DNA of 64,000 nt from a virus (taxonomy: Duplodnaviria; Caudoviricetes): positions 870-64,869 of the IMG/VR virus record IMGVR_UViG_3300028571_001454; one strand, written 5' to 3'. The notes beneath the pieces are model-generated. The model had not been told where the DNA came from, ran no database searches, and saw only the letters and a program-made list of their open reading frames with translations. Made by a program: the position numbers and the translations under genes. Below, piece after piece: positions 40,126 to 50,249 of this stretch (within the stretch, counting starts at the first letter, position 1; each line of letters opens with the position of its first letter).

Positions 40126-40476
40126 TGGACTAGGGCAGAGTCGAACTGCCATCCAGACTAAACATCAACATAAACTTCTACATCGTTAGTTGGTTGTTAT
40201 CACACTACCAACAAAGCTATCAGAATTATCTGTGTCAGATTGAGTACAATCATTATTCCTATTTATGTCTGGTAGGACTACCATATCCGAATATCGGAGT
40301 CAGCATGATTGGGTAATAAGGTTCATGCCACCCCACTCATTACCTAATTAATTAGGCAGCGAGAGCGAGAGTTACTTCGCCAATTAACATTTTTTGAATA
40401 CCTTTTATACTGGCCCAGTATTCAACCAGTCGATGCGATCTATACCTATTTTACCTGTCGATACCTTTACTAGCCC
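40126..40476 (-). ncRNA. ssrA: tmRNA, tag (A)GEVTLALAA*
   Basis: GGGCTAG/CTAGTCC-A acceptor with G3.U70; AAAGGTATCGAC; T-arm GGCAG-TTCGACT-CTGCC; GGC GAA GTA ACT CTC GCT CTC GCT GCC TAA. Confidence 0.93.
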
Positions 40477-40499
40477 TATTTAATATACTATACCCCAAA

Positions 40500-40739
40500 T
40501 TAGATGGTTTTATAACGCAATATTTCCTCAGACATCTCTCTCATTAAATTGTTTATTTCTTCCTCGTTCAGTTGTCGGCTTGATTCCTCATCTGGTTTTA
40601 AAAATAACCCTTTAGCTGGCCCCGCCTCCAATCTGTTCACCTTATACAATAATTTGTCATATTTATCATATAGAATAAAATTGAATCCTATAGAACATAA
40701 AAGTAGTCCAATAATAATAATAGATAAAGAATATTTCAT
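40500..40739 (-). CDS. Small membrane-anchored protein
   Basis: N-terminal TM helix. Confidence 0.55.
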   Translation of the reverse strand: MKYSLSIIIIGLLLCSIGFNFILYDKYDKLLYKVNRLEAGPAKGLFLKPDEESSRQLNEEEINNLMREMSEEILRYKTI

Positions 40740-41171
40740 TTAATCTTCTATATTTTTCCTTTTGTAGAGATAGTTCACTAGTTGAACTGCTCCTTCGTAT
40801 GAGTCACCAACATATCCAGCAGCTAAATTACAATTTGAACAAACCCAGCCACGGAAAATATCTGTATTTGGATAGTGGTCACATATCCATTTCTCAGGAA
40901 CTTTACCACAACATTCACAAGTAAGTGGTTTTTCTGGTGCGCTCTTTTTAGCCTCTCTCAAACCCTTTTGATAAGCACTAAAGCAATCCTTACATTTTGA
41001 ATATGCTTTACCTCTATTTAAAAAGAAGTCATCAATATTTTTTAGCTTATTACAAATACGACAAGCTTTAGTGTCTTTATCTTCTTGAATCTGTTCAATA
41101 AAATCTGCTGCATTAGAATCACTAATGTTTTCGCTAGACGAATCATCATCGAATAAAAATAATTGTGACAT
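40740..41171 (-). CDS. Endonuclease VII-family nuclease (paralog of 37940..38290)
   Basis: CECC, CDH..FRGWVCSNCN. Confidence 0.8.
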   Translation of the reverse strand: MSQLFLFDDDSSSENISDSNAADFIEQIQEDKDTKACRICNKLKNIDDFFLNRGKAYSKCKDCFSAYQKGLREAKKSAPEKPLTCECCGKVPEKWICDHYPNTDIFRGWVCSNCNLAAGYVGDSYEGAVQLVNYLYKRKNIED

Positions 41172-41186
41172 AATTTAGATAAAGAC

Positions 41187-41220
41187 CCCCGAAAGTGTGC
41201 ATAGTTTAGAGGCATCGGGG
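41187..41220 (-). terminator. Putative terminator/stabilising hairpin
   Basis: CCCCGA...TCGGGG followed by GTCTTT. Confidence 0.4.
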
Positions 41221-41240
41221 ATTTGCTTTATCATTTTAAA

Positions 41241-41483
41241 TCAAGACTTTCTTTTGAAATTTAGCTTACTAGAAGTAACGCCATATCTTGTTTCACCATT
41301 TCTTCCTGTTGATGTTATAATATTAAAACCCTGTGACTTAAGCATAGGTTTAATATCACTAATAGTTGCCCTTAGATTACCAACATTGAAAAGATTATAA
41401 GCACTATCTTGGCTTAGTGTCTTTCCTTTTGTTAGATACGTCATAACTTTTTCTTGCTTCGTCAGAACAGTAGTAGTTGCCAT
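41241..41483 (-). CDS. Small winged-HTH protein
   Basis: VMTYLTKGKTLS..AYNLFNVGNLRATISDIK. Confidence 0.65.
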   Translation of the reverse strand: MATTTVLTKQEKVMTYLTKGKTLSQDSAYNLFNVGNLRATISDIKPMLKSQGFNIITSTGRNGETRYGVTSSKLNFKRKS

Positions 41484-41747
41484 AAGTCTTTATCCTTTTA
41501 AAAAAGTTTGTGATATGAATTTACTACAAAAGCGGCTATCACACAACCATCCTTTGATTTATACTAATAAAAGAGAACATAGAGTCAAGAATCACAATCA
41601 TTTTCTTTACCACTTGACGAAATATATTCATCCAGAGTTACTTCTAGCGTTTCTAGTTTTTTACGCATTTCATCACATTTCCTACATAATTCAGTTTCTA
41701 TATATTCTTTGATTGTATCTATTTCTAGTCTTAAGTTTACAATATAA

Positions 41748-42104
41748 TTATTCATGATTGGTATGCTGTGGATTATTTTTATTAGGAAGCCAAAAGACCA
41801 TTTCGTTGGAATTATTATCCCAAGCACATTCTATCTTACCGCTTGCTGCTAGTTTAGCAATACCAACACCATATAGCCAATCTCTAATATCATCAAAGAT
41901 ATTATCAAAGATGTCTTCATCAATAATATAGTCATTGTTCTCATCTAAGCCAAGACTCTGAGAGCGTATCATATTGATGATTTGTTCATTAGAAATAAAC
42001 TCATCAAGATTCTCTGTATATGTTTCGCTAAAAGAGTCTGCCGCAGCTTTTCTCATTGAGTCAGCAAACCCACGAAGATCTACTATGCTATATGTGTTTC
42101 CCAT
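41748..42104 (-). CDS. Hypothetical protein
   Basis: SD GGAG; C-terminus similar to 19114..19521. Confidence 0.6.
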   Translation of the reverse strand: MGNTYSIVDLRGFADSMRKAAADSFSETYTENLDEFISNEQIINMIRSQSLGLDENNDYIIDEDIFDNIFDDIRDWLYGVGIAKLAASGKIECAWDNNSNEMVFWLPNKNNPQHTNHE

Positions 42105-42398
42105 CTTTATGCTCCAATTAAATAAATTTCTTAAGACTTTGGCTGCTTGGTTCTATTTTAGCACGCTCTATCAGATTGTCAATAGTGTTCTGTAAACTAT
42201 AGTCTCCTCTATCTAACCATTTCTTATCTTCGTAAAGAGCGGTTGTAATTTGGGGCAGGTAGAACTGGATAGCTCGCTCAAATTCTTCTGGGAAATATGT
42301 TTTAAGAATACGTTCGATATGGTAGAGACTATCTACTATTTTGTCTCTATTATCAAGGAGACTATTGATATTATCTTTTTGCTCTTGAGTAAGAGACA

Positions 42399-42806
42399 TT
42401 ACGCCTCCACCTTTTGTTTGAGTTTCATGAGCTTGTGCTTGATCTTCCAAACATGGGTTTCTTTGTTCTGAATGTCTGGCCCCATATAGATATGACAGAA
42501 GCCTTGGTGCTTGTCTAGCCCCCATGCTTTAATTCCATGCTGGTCGATACCCTCGACAACAAAACGACCCCTATAACCCATCGGAATGAAGTCTCCACCC
42601 CTTGCAAAGTATGGGCCAGAAGAAACTTTTATACGATCACCTTTAACTAAATCTTTCCAGTTAAAATCTCTAATAATTTTAGTATTTTTTGCTTCTTTGC
42701 TCTTTGGTTTAAAAGAAAACATTTCTCCGCACTCTTTACAAATATATGAACGGGGGCCATTTTTTTCAGAACCGCAGCGATCACATTTTTTATAGCCTTT
42801 TGGCAT
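42399..42806 (-). CDS. Zn-ribbon + SH3-like hypothetical protein
   Basis: CDRC..CKEC, KGDRIKV. Confidence 0.55.
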   Translation of the reverse strand: MPKGYKKCDRCGSEKNGPRSYICKECGEMFSFKPKSKEAKNTKIIRDFNWKDLVKGDRIKVSSGPYFARGGDFIPMGYRGRFVVEGIDQHGIKAWGLDKHQGFCHIYMGPDIQNKETHVWKIKHKLMKLKQKVEA

Positions 42807-42854
42807 GGTTGGTGTATTCCTGTATATGCGTGAAGATGACTGAGATACTCTCTC

Positions 42855-42882
42855 AGTATAACTGATATATCGGTCTTGTCAA
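42855..42882 (-). promoter_or_regulatory. Sigma70-like promoter
   Basis: TTGACA-N16-TATACT with ACCGAT. Confidence 0.75.
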
Positions 42883-42913
42883 GAGCCAAACTTTAGAAAA
42901 AAGGATAGTGAAG

Positions 42914-43594
42914 ATGCCAGCAAAAAGACAAAAATTTGAAAAACAAGAATTGCATGAACTATATGTTGAACAAAATTTATCTATGTTTGAAATATCACAA
43001 ATAAAAAATTGTTCTGAAAGTTTTATAAAAACAAATTTAGATTATTATAATATACCCATAAAAAGTTGTTCAGATTATGTTAGATTGACGCTTGGTAAAA
43101 TAGAACTGATTCAAGAATACGTAAAAAACAATAAATCAATACAAAAAATAGCACAAGACTATAATACGGGCTATACGAATATTCAAACACTACTCAAAAA
43201 ATATAAAATACAAAAAAGAGAATGTCATAAATTTAAACGAGGTCAAGATAATCCATTGTGGAAAGGTGGTGAAATTATTCCAGCAAGTTTACATTATGAC
43301 TATAAACACGGAGCAAAAAGAAGAAATTTATTATTTGATATAACTATTCAAGATATGGAGGAACAATATATCAAACAAGATGGTGTCTGTGCTATATCTG
43401 GTATTAAATTAAATATTTCTGCTTCTAGGAACAAAACAAAAGAATCTACAGCGTCATTAGATAGAATAGATAGTTCAAAGCCTTATATCAAAGAAAATAT
43501 ACAGTGGGTACATAAAACAATTCAACAAATGAAATGGAACATACAGCAAAATGAATTTATAGAATGGTGTAAAATTATTGCTAAAAATAATTAG
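42914..43594 (+). CDS. Free-standing homing endonuclease, tandem HTH + SLDRID HNH-like domain
   Basis: Two HTH repeats, NPLWKGG, QDGVCAISG, ASLDRIDSSKPYIKENIQWV. Confidence 0.8.
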   Translation: MPAKRQKFEKQELHELYVEQNLSMFEISQIKNCSESFIKTNLDYYNIPIKSCSDYVRLTLGKIELIQEYVKNNKSIQKIAQDYNTGYTNIQTLLKKYKIQKRECHKFKRGQDNPLWKGGEIIPASLHYDYKHGAKRRNLLFDITIQDMEEQYIKQDGVCAISGIKLNISASRNKTKESTASLDRIDSSKPYIKENIQWVHKTIQQMKWNIQQNEFIEWCKIIAKNN

Positions 43595-44277
43595 ATGATA
43601 TCCACATAATTTATTTTAATGTGACCATTTTTAATTGAAATATATGAGCATGGATGATCTGTCCAACATCCACTATTATAGTAGTTAGTTGATCCAGAAA
43701 CATCGGTAGTAGCTAAATGAGTATGACCACAAATTATTGAGTCACACTTTTTTAAGGAGCAATATAATTTGGCTCTTTCGCAAACTTCCTGAGAACATCT
43801 TAAAAAGGTTTTACTTCTGCGTTTAGCAAGATTACTATAGTATACTCCAGCGTATATCTGTAACCACCGATAAATGCAGTCAGCTATTTTAGTTAGTCTA
43901 GGATATTTAGAAATAACATTATCAAAAATATCACCATGTAGAATTAGAATCTTTTCATCTCCGCTGATAAAACTATACTCATTCATAAAATCAACACCAA
44001 TCAAATGGCTTACCATATCGGCAGGCCCATCATGGTTGCCACTAATCCAGATAACTTTAATAATGTCAGATATTTTACGGATTTGAGATAGTATCTTCCA
44101 GTGGTCTTTTTTAAGTTTGCGAAAATCCCAACTATCAAACAAATCCCCATTAATTATCAAAGTATCAGTATCAGTCTCTCCAAGTTCAATCCTAGATAGA
44201 AAAGATGCTAGAGTTTTAGCCTGACAAACATTACTCCCTAAATGAATATCGCTAATAACTATAGCGTCAAAAGTCAT
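43591..44277 (-). CDS. Metallophosphoesterase, UDP-2,3-diacylglucosamine hydrolase-like
   Basis: SDIHLG, GDLFD, GNHD, HGD, CGHTH, YNSGCW. Confidence 0.85.
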   Translation of the reverse strand: MTFDAIVISDIHLGSNVCQAKTLASFLSRIELGETDTDTLIINGDLFDSWDFRKLKKDHWKILSQIRKISDIIKVIWISGNHDGPADMVSHLIGVDFMNEYSFISGDEKILILHGDIFDNVISKYPRLTKIADCIYRWLQIYAGVYYSNLAKRRSKTFLRCSQEVCERAKLYCSLKKCDSIICGHTHLATTDVSGSTNYYNSGCWTDHPCSYISIKNGHIKINYVDII

Positions 44278-44681
44278 ACAACATACCCCTCTTTTTCTGC
44301 CTCACTATCACAAAGAGTTTTAATCCACGCAGGAATAGGTTCTCCATCGTCATCTTTCCTTTGTTTGCGAACTTTTCCTTTTTCTCCGGTTACTTCACAA
44401 GTAATATAGCTCATACTTTCTGCCATTTCTATTGCTCCTTTGATAAAATCATCAGCAGCGTAAGCATAAGCTCTTAGTCCTCCAAACTTTTCTTTAATTT
44501 GTTGCCAACAAAATAGGTCTAGAGGCTCATTGAGTTTTTTCTTACGAACAAGATGAGTATCCACAATATAACAAAGTCTAGACAGAATTTCATACCAACC
44601 ATCATCACACTCTAAGTATTTGAGATTCTTAAACTGCTCTGGGTATTGTTTTATTAATTTATCCGTTAGCTCAGGACTCAT
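44274..44681 (-). CDS. Conserved phage protein (QIKEKFGGLR family)
   Basis: CDDGW, QIKEKFGGLR, TCEVTG, WIKTLC. Confidence 0.7.
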   Translation of the reverse strand: MSPELTDKLIKQYPEQFKNLKYLECDDGWYEILSRLCYIVDTHLVRKKKLNEPLDLFCWQQIKEKFGGLRAYAYAADDFIKGAIEMAESMSYITCEVTGEKGKVRKQRKDDDGEPIPAWIKTLCDSEAEKEGYVV

Positions 44682-44978
44682 TGTAGTTCACCTTGTGTAT
44701 AATGCGCGTTCCTAGATGACCATTGCTCAATTCACTATCATCTTTCATGGATTCACTACAAATTCTTTCAAATTCTTTACGATCAATCTTTCGACCATCA
44801 ATAATATTTTCGTCTAAATATTTTTGCGTTAGATATTCTGGATGATCAATCAGTACGGTATCATAAGCGTGTTCAAGATTTTTTGCTTCAATAATATACT
44901 TATGACGAAACAAAGAAACTGTACTAACTTCAAAAAGAGGCATAATAATCTCCTGGATATTGGACTGAATTGACTTGT

Positions 44979-45007
44979 AGTATATCCTACTTATCGGGTA
45001 TTGTCAA
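44979..45007 (-). promoter_or_regulatory. Sigma70-like promoter
   Basis: TTGACA-N17-TATACT with CCCGAT. Confidence 0.75.
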
Positions 45008-45697
45008 GTGGTAACTTGAGAAGTTTTGACATAAATTCTATTCTTAAATCATCTACACTTCTATCCTTAAAGAGTTCAGGATATTTATTTCTAATTAATC
45101 CCATATTACTGTGCGCTAAATGAATAACTAACGACTGAGAATTATCTTGATTGTATTCATAAAAATTACAAAATTTTGGTCTTTCTCTAGAGAAATAACA
45201 CCAATTCGTTTTCATAAGTTCTGACTTATTGTGTACAAAAAATTCTTGATCATGATAGCACGGTGTAATTTTTTTGTTTATCAAATTATCAATATTCTCA
45301 AGAGACATACTGATCATTGCTTCGCACAGTATTTGCATCTCTGATGGTCGTCCACTACCAAAACAAGGACAACATTCATCCATAAGATGTAATTTATCTA
45401 TTGGTTGTTCTGGTAAAAAGCCATTATTTATTATATCATAATCACTGAAGTAAAATTTTTCTTCATTTTTAGTTGCATAAGCTAACCATCTTTTATAGCA
45501 AGACATGCCGTAGTTGGTTATTGGCTTATTAATAATGCTTAAATGTATTTCTTGCATTTTTTCTATAAACTCATCATAGAACACATTTTTTTGTGCATCT
45601 ATTTCTGATAGAACTATAGCATCAAAACCATATTTCTCCCAACTATGCTTCCATAACTCTAGAATTTCTGTTTGTCTAGGAACATTTATATCTTCAT
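44991..45697 (-). CDS. Putative GT-A-like protein with disrupted start
   Basis: RWLAYA, FSDYD, HDQ; frame stays open upstream of track start (ELWKHSWEKYG) but the SD-linked ATG is out of frame. Confidence 0.5.
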
Positions 45698-45707
45698 TTT
45701 ACTGTTC

Positions 45708-46259
45708 CTATTCTTTAGCGTTAAAAAGTTTTTTTAGTTCTTTGAAACTCCACGGTTGTCCGAATGGTTTATTATAGTTAACTGTATTATCTACACCAAC
45801 GTCTAGAGTTTTTCTGTTAGATAGTCTATCTTCATGATCTAGTTTAGAATGAACATGACCAAATAGCATCCAGCTACCCTTATGACTAGCGGGCCAAGAG
45901 CGATGAGGATAATGACTAAGATATATTCTTTGATTACAATATATGATCTCTTTCACTTCCTGTATGCTACTAAATCCATTCATATTGGCAGCATTACTAT
46001 CAATAAAGTCTGTTCTTTTATCATGATTACCAAGTATAAGATGAACATCTTGACAAAGTATTCTTAGTCTATATTCTATAGGTTTTTTACCCTTAAAACA
46101 AAAATCCCCCAGAATGTACAGAGTATCGTCCTGTCCAACAACTTCATTGATGTTGTCAAATATTACTTGATCCATTATATGGACATTATCAAATTGACGA
46201 TTACAATGCTTGATTATATTGTAATGTCCAAAATGAGTGTCGCTAGTAAAATATATCAT
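45708..46259 (-). CDS. Calcineurin-like metallophosphoesterase
   Basis: SDTHFGH, LGDF, GNHD, SHYP, FGHVH, DVGVD. Confidence 0.9.
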   Translation of the reverse strand: MIYFTSDTHFGHYNIIKHCNRQFDNVHIMDQVIFDNINEVVGQDDTLYILGDFCFKGKKPIEYRLRILCQDVHLILGNHDKRTDFIDSNAANMNGFSSIQEVKEIIYCNQRIYLSHYPHRSWPASHKGSWMLFGHVHSKLDHEDRLSNRKTLDVGVDNTVNYNKPFGQPWSFKELKKLFNAKE

Positions 46260-46701
46260 ATTTACTTATTATCTGGATTCCAATTGATTTCCAGTAATTC
46301 AGTTGTGTTTTTTATTTTATCGTCATCATAATAACAATCACTATCAGTTCCTGTAATCTGTTGATATTTTTCGGGCCAAACTCCATGAAGAATATTCATT
46401 AGACTTTGACCACGCCTCCAATTAAATTGATTGCTTGTCTGATCAACCAGTTTAATAAAGTCATTGTATATCATTTGATTCATTTTCTTTCCATAGGTCA
46501 TGATCAATCATTGGAACATTATCAGAATTAAATAACATTTTTCTTTCTTCACGCAAACCACCTATTTCTTTTCTTTGAATTCTTATTTCATTTTTAAGGG
46601 ATTCTATCAAATAGTTTTGATGCTGAACAGTTTTTTCAAGCCTATTAATATAAGTATCTATATCAAAATATGGATCTGATTTGTCTATTGATGTCATAAT
46701 T

Positions 46702-47046
46702 TTATTCCAATTCATTCTGAGTATATTCTTTGATAGTCCATCCTAGGTCTAATAAATCTGATCGGATTTCATCCGTAACAAAACTCTCTCCAACATATCC
46801 ATCATGATGACTGCCTATTCCAGAACAATACCAATCAATATAACTCTCACCCACATCTCGTATGTCTGCTAAAATACCTCCAGCATATCTCCAAGAACAA
46901 CTCCATTCTTCATCATCCTTATAGAATAAATTGTTGCACATAGAGGCATAAAGATTTTGGCTGTAAGATTCGCTACTTGAACATTTATCTGTAATATAAT
47001 CTGATTTGATAAGATCATGTTCTAGATTAACTTTTTTCATGACCAC
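46702..47046 (-). CDS. Conserved phage hypothetical protein
   Basis: YSQNLYASMCNN, WSCSWRYAGGILA, YIDWYCSG. Confidence 0.65.
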   Translation of the reverse strand: MVMKKVNLEHDLIKSDYITDKCSSSESYSQNLYASMCNNLFYKDDEEWSCSWRYAGGILADIRDVGESYIDWYCSGIGSHHDGYVGESFVTDEIRSDLLDLGWTIKEYTQNELE

Positions 47047-47810
47047 AACTCCTTACGGATTTTAATTAATTCAATAAGCATTTTTGTATCTTCTTTTTCA
47101 TAGTCTGCTTCAATTTTTTCAAGTTTTTTGAAGTCATACAATTCTTTTCTTGTTATCTTGCCACCCATCAAATTGTCTTCTTTATTTTTATCCCAATTTA
47201 ATCCAGCAACAACCATTGGTTCTGGTCGATTAGGGCGATCTTTCCACCACAGATAAAGTTTTCTTATTTTTTGTGCATTAATTGCTTGGTGAGTTGGTTT
47301 TCCATATTTAGGATCTTTTTTATCTACTCCCCAATCCTTATTATACTTTAAGTCACAAGCCCATTTGAGATGATCTAATCCTGCCTGTTCACATCGTCCT
47401 TTAATAAATTTATATTTACGCTCAGGATATGCTTTCATAGTATAAGCCAGTTCAACCTCAACATAAATAACTAATTCATTAAAAATTCCATGAAGAATTC
47501 TGTAGTCAAACTCATAATAATGACCTGGCTTTAATCCAGTTTTTAAATAGTGAAGTTTATCTATCCAACGATTACCTATATAGTATTTTATCTCACTGTA
47601 AATATCCGCAGGAAGCATGATCAAATCCTGTAGTTTATTCAAAACCTCTTCTGCCAACCAAAATCGTATTGGTCTTTTCTTTTTTTGTTCTTTTTTCCAC
47701 TCGTCCCATTTACCCCACTCTAAAGCATACGGTTTCTTTTCTCCACGAATAAAGTCCGCAAACTTGGAACAATTCCAGTAATTTACTCTTGACCTTGGTC
47801 TGAACCACAT
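47037..47810 (-). CDS. Conserved phage hypothetical protein
   Basis: YWNCSKFADFIRG, LYLWW, MLIELIKIR..LW. Confidence 0.65.
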   Translation of the reverse strand: MWFRPRSRVNYWNCSKFADFIRGEKKPYALEWGKWDEWKKEQKKKRPIRFWLAEEVLNKLQDLIMLPADIYSEIKYYIGNRWIDKLHYLKTGLKPGHYYEFDYRILHGIFNELVIYVEVELAYTMKAYPERKYKFIKGRCEQAGLDHLKWACDLKYNKDWGVDKKDPKYGKPTHQAINAQKIRKLYLWWKDRPNRPEPMVVAGLNWDKNKEDNLMGGKITRKELYDFKKLEKIEADYEKEDTKMLIELIKIRKELWS

Positions 47811-48023
47811 ATTAACACCGTTCTTTAAAGTTCAATATATTTTAGTATGGTCAATATTCTTCGTGCTAATGCGGCACCACCAACAATTCTGCCATCATTA
47901 TAATCTTCTCCGTATCCAGAGGTAGACTCATGATTTTTTTGATCTTGAATCTTTCGATTGCATAATTTGATAATTTCAAGAATATTGGCTTTTTCTATTT
48001 CATTCATATGAATAACTTTCCCG

Positions 48024-48260
48024 TCACAAAATAGGTTCCTTAGTCTCTGCATCAAGAACAGGATTATCAAAAGATTCCACTAGTCTTTGTAGGGTAACTT
48101 TTAGATCTTCCAAACTTTCTTCCATAATTCTAATAGGTTCTTCTGTCCAGCCTTTTATTTTTCCATCTTCATCATAATAAACTTCATGGATAGCATAATA
48201 AATACTATCATCCATGTTAGCTATTGGGTCAATATGTCTAATTATTCTATGATTCCACAT
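48024..48260 (-). CDS. Conserved small phage protein
   Basis: MWNHRII, IHEVYYD, GWTE; SD AAGGAG. Confidence 0.7.
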   Translation of the reverse strand: MWNHRIIRHIDPIANMDDSIYYAIHEVYYDEDGKIKGWTEEPIRIMEESLEDLKVTLQRLVESFDNPVLDAETKEPIL

Positions 48261-48280
48261 GATTAACTCCTTGTATTAAA

Positions 48281-48379
48281 GCAGAATTGGTTTTGGTCAT
48301 TTACGAAAACTTTTCTGCAAACAAAACCTACGGCTGTTGATTATGGGGATACCCGCGACCCCAACCTTTCGGCATCAAC
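48281..48379 (-). ncRNA. Candidate cis-regulatory structured RNA
   Basis: Three-way junction GTTGAT/ATCAAC enclosing GCC-GAAA-GGT and TGGGG/CCCCA; second hairpin GCAGAA/TTCTGC before SD. Confidence 0.45.
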
Positions 48380-48980
48380 TATTTATAGTATACGTCTCCA
48401 ACTCATTAAGGCAAGTAAAATTCGTTCGACCATAGGTTATACTGCGTGACTGATGCCAGTGTCCAAAAAACCAATACTCAGGCTCATGAATATTTAATAA
48501 CTCTTGCAAAGCCCACCCTGTTGTATTTTCATATACTCTTTGATTTGGTTTCAGCATCATAGCAGCAATATTTTGTGGACATTCATGAGTGATAACAATT
48601 CTAGGCTTATTTTGTCTATAAAGCTCTCTAGCCTCCATAAACTGATCAATGCTAACTTGCTCTTGCTCCCACCAATCTATCCCTATTGTTCTATATTGAC
48701 GATCAATACTATATGCTCCACGATAATAGAAAAACTCTATTCTATTAAGAGAAGTATATCCGTAATCACCCAAAAAATGAGAATGGTTATAGCAATCGTT
48801 GTAATTATCATGATTTCCCGGTAAGATTAAATGTTTAGTAGAATCAACACTCTTCAATGTATCATAGTTAAATCCAAAGTCCCCCAACTGTAATGTGTAT
48901 GGGTGACGATCTTTTTCTCTGATAATTTCATGGTAACGTCTATATTTACCATGAACATCGCCAATAATTGTTATACTCAT
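48375..48980 (-). CDS. Metallophosphoesterase
   Basis: GDVHG, LGDFG, GNHD, THECP, FGHWH. Confidence 0.9.
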   Translation of the reverse strand: MSITIIGDVHGKYRRYHEIIREKDRHPYTLQLGDFGFNYDTLKSVDSTKHLILPGNHDNYNDCYNHSHFLGDYGYTSLNRIEFFYYRGAYSIDRQYRTIGIDWWEQEQVSIDQFMEARELYRQNKPRIVITHECPQNIAAMMLKPNQRVYENTTGWALQELLNIHEPEYWFFGHWHQSRSITYGRTNFTCLNELETYTINS

Positions 48981-49277
48981 TATAGATCAATATTAATTTG
49001 TTGTTCACTAAGAAGTCTATAGAATTCTGTACGAATTTTATCTAAAGCATCTCCAGCGTCCTGAAAATCATTAGAATATTTCTGCCATGATCGAAGTTGT
49101 TGACTAAAATCCCATAAGAAAGAATGAATCCTAGTTGACTGACTCATAATCTCATATTCATGTTGATCTTCTGGTAAATTAAATTCAAAGATTGCTTTCA
49201 TAATATAATTCTCTTTAATAGATAATAATGTATGGGGATTGAAGTTATCTCACCCCACCATTATTAACAACAATTTC

Positions 49278-49589
49278 TTACTTTACTACAGTGTTACATT
49301 TGCCACTATTACAAAAACTCTTGGTTACTATTCTTGAACGAACGGTATTATTCCTATTATCAATTACTGACCTTGTTGTTGAAGAACTGTTACTAGTTAG
49401 TTCGTGACTAGTAACTACATATCCGTTTCGGAGAATACCCCGGCGACGAATATTACAATCTTTACAAACAGGATTGGTTGTCTCGTTATCAACAACCACA
49501 ACACTAATAGGTTCCGCTAGAGTTGGCTCTCCACCAAAACAAGTTGTAGTAAACCCTAGAATAAAAAGTGATAGAATACTATATTTCAT
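49278..49589 (-). CDS. Small secreted Cys-containing protein
   Basis: Signal peptide; CKDC, CNSGKC; SD AGGAG. Confidence 0.65.
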   Translation of the reverse strand: MKYSILSLFILGFTTTCFGGEPTLAEPISVVVVDNETTNPVCKDCNIRRRGILRNGYVVTSHELTSNSSSTTRSVIDNRNNTVRSRIVTKSFCNSGKCNTVVK

Positions 49590-49612
49590 AATTTCTCCTT
49601 AAATAATTTAGA

Positions 49613-49957
49613 TTAACGATATCGACGGCAACAAAACCATCGACCATTACTTCCTTGTGCATACCCAACATCAACTGTTGTTAGTCTGGTATCATTTGCA
49701 AAACAGCAATTGCTATAAGCCTGCTCTCTGCTATACCCACTACCACAACCTTCATATCCGCTGTTACCTCCAAAATGTCCAACATAATTTTTAGACGCCA
49801 TAGTATTAGCAACACCCTGAGCAGTAGAGTTATCTACATTGGTAGTGTAGGATGTGTTATTACTAGTAGTATAATTATATGTTCTTTTACGAGGAGCAGC
49901 CTCACAAATAGTAGCTAAAGACACAATCAACAATATAAAAAATAAAATCCTTTTCAT
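49613..49957 (-). CDS. Small secreted protein, reduced CAP/SCP-like
   Basis: Signal peptide; AQGVANTMA..VGH, EGCG, CCF, GYAQG..GRWFCCRRY. Confidence 0.6.
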   Translation of the reverse strand: MKRILFFILLIVSLATICEAAPRKRTYNYTTSNNTSYTTNVDNSTAQGVANTMASKNYVGHFGGNSGYEGCGSGYSREQAYSNCCFANDTRLTTVDVGYAQGSNGRWFCCRRYR

Positions 49958-50249
49958 TTTATACCTTTCTTAAAAAGTTAGTCATGACAATACAATTCCA
50001 CAGTTACAGTTCTATTTGTATATTTCTTGAGCGTTTATGAGCAATACTGGTTTTTCCTTGTTTGTATCATCGGAGATCATCCATGTATCACAAAAATGTT
50101 CATCTCCAGTCTCAGCATCGTGAATTATGACAGGGGCACTCCAATCAAATTTTCCTAGATTTCTAAAATCATGAGCTTGATCATGAAGGAAATTATAAAG
50201 ATCAAGCCATGTCATATTTTGTATTGGTCTAGACATTATTTCTCCTTGA

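Noticed and set aside
45690-45710. Stop-codon readthrough/recoding fusing 45708..46259 to 44991..45584 (same frame)
   Set aside because: Two different stops (TAG, TAA) intervene, and TAG/TGA/TAA all terminate intact genes elsewhere; no sign of an alternative code
48330-48379. Assignment to c-di-AMP riboswitch or hammerhead ribozyme
   Set aside because: Only scattered short matches; core consensus and length do not fit
49223-49266. Hairpin TAATAATG..TGGGG/CCCCA..CATTATTA
   Set aside because: Most simply a terminator or mRNA-stabilising stem after two secreted-protein genes
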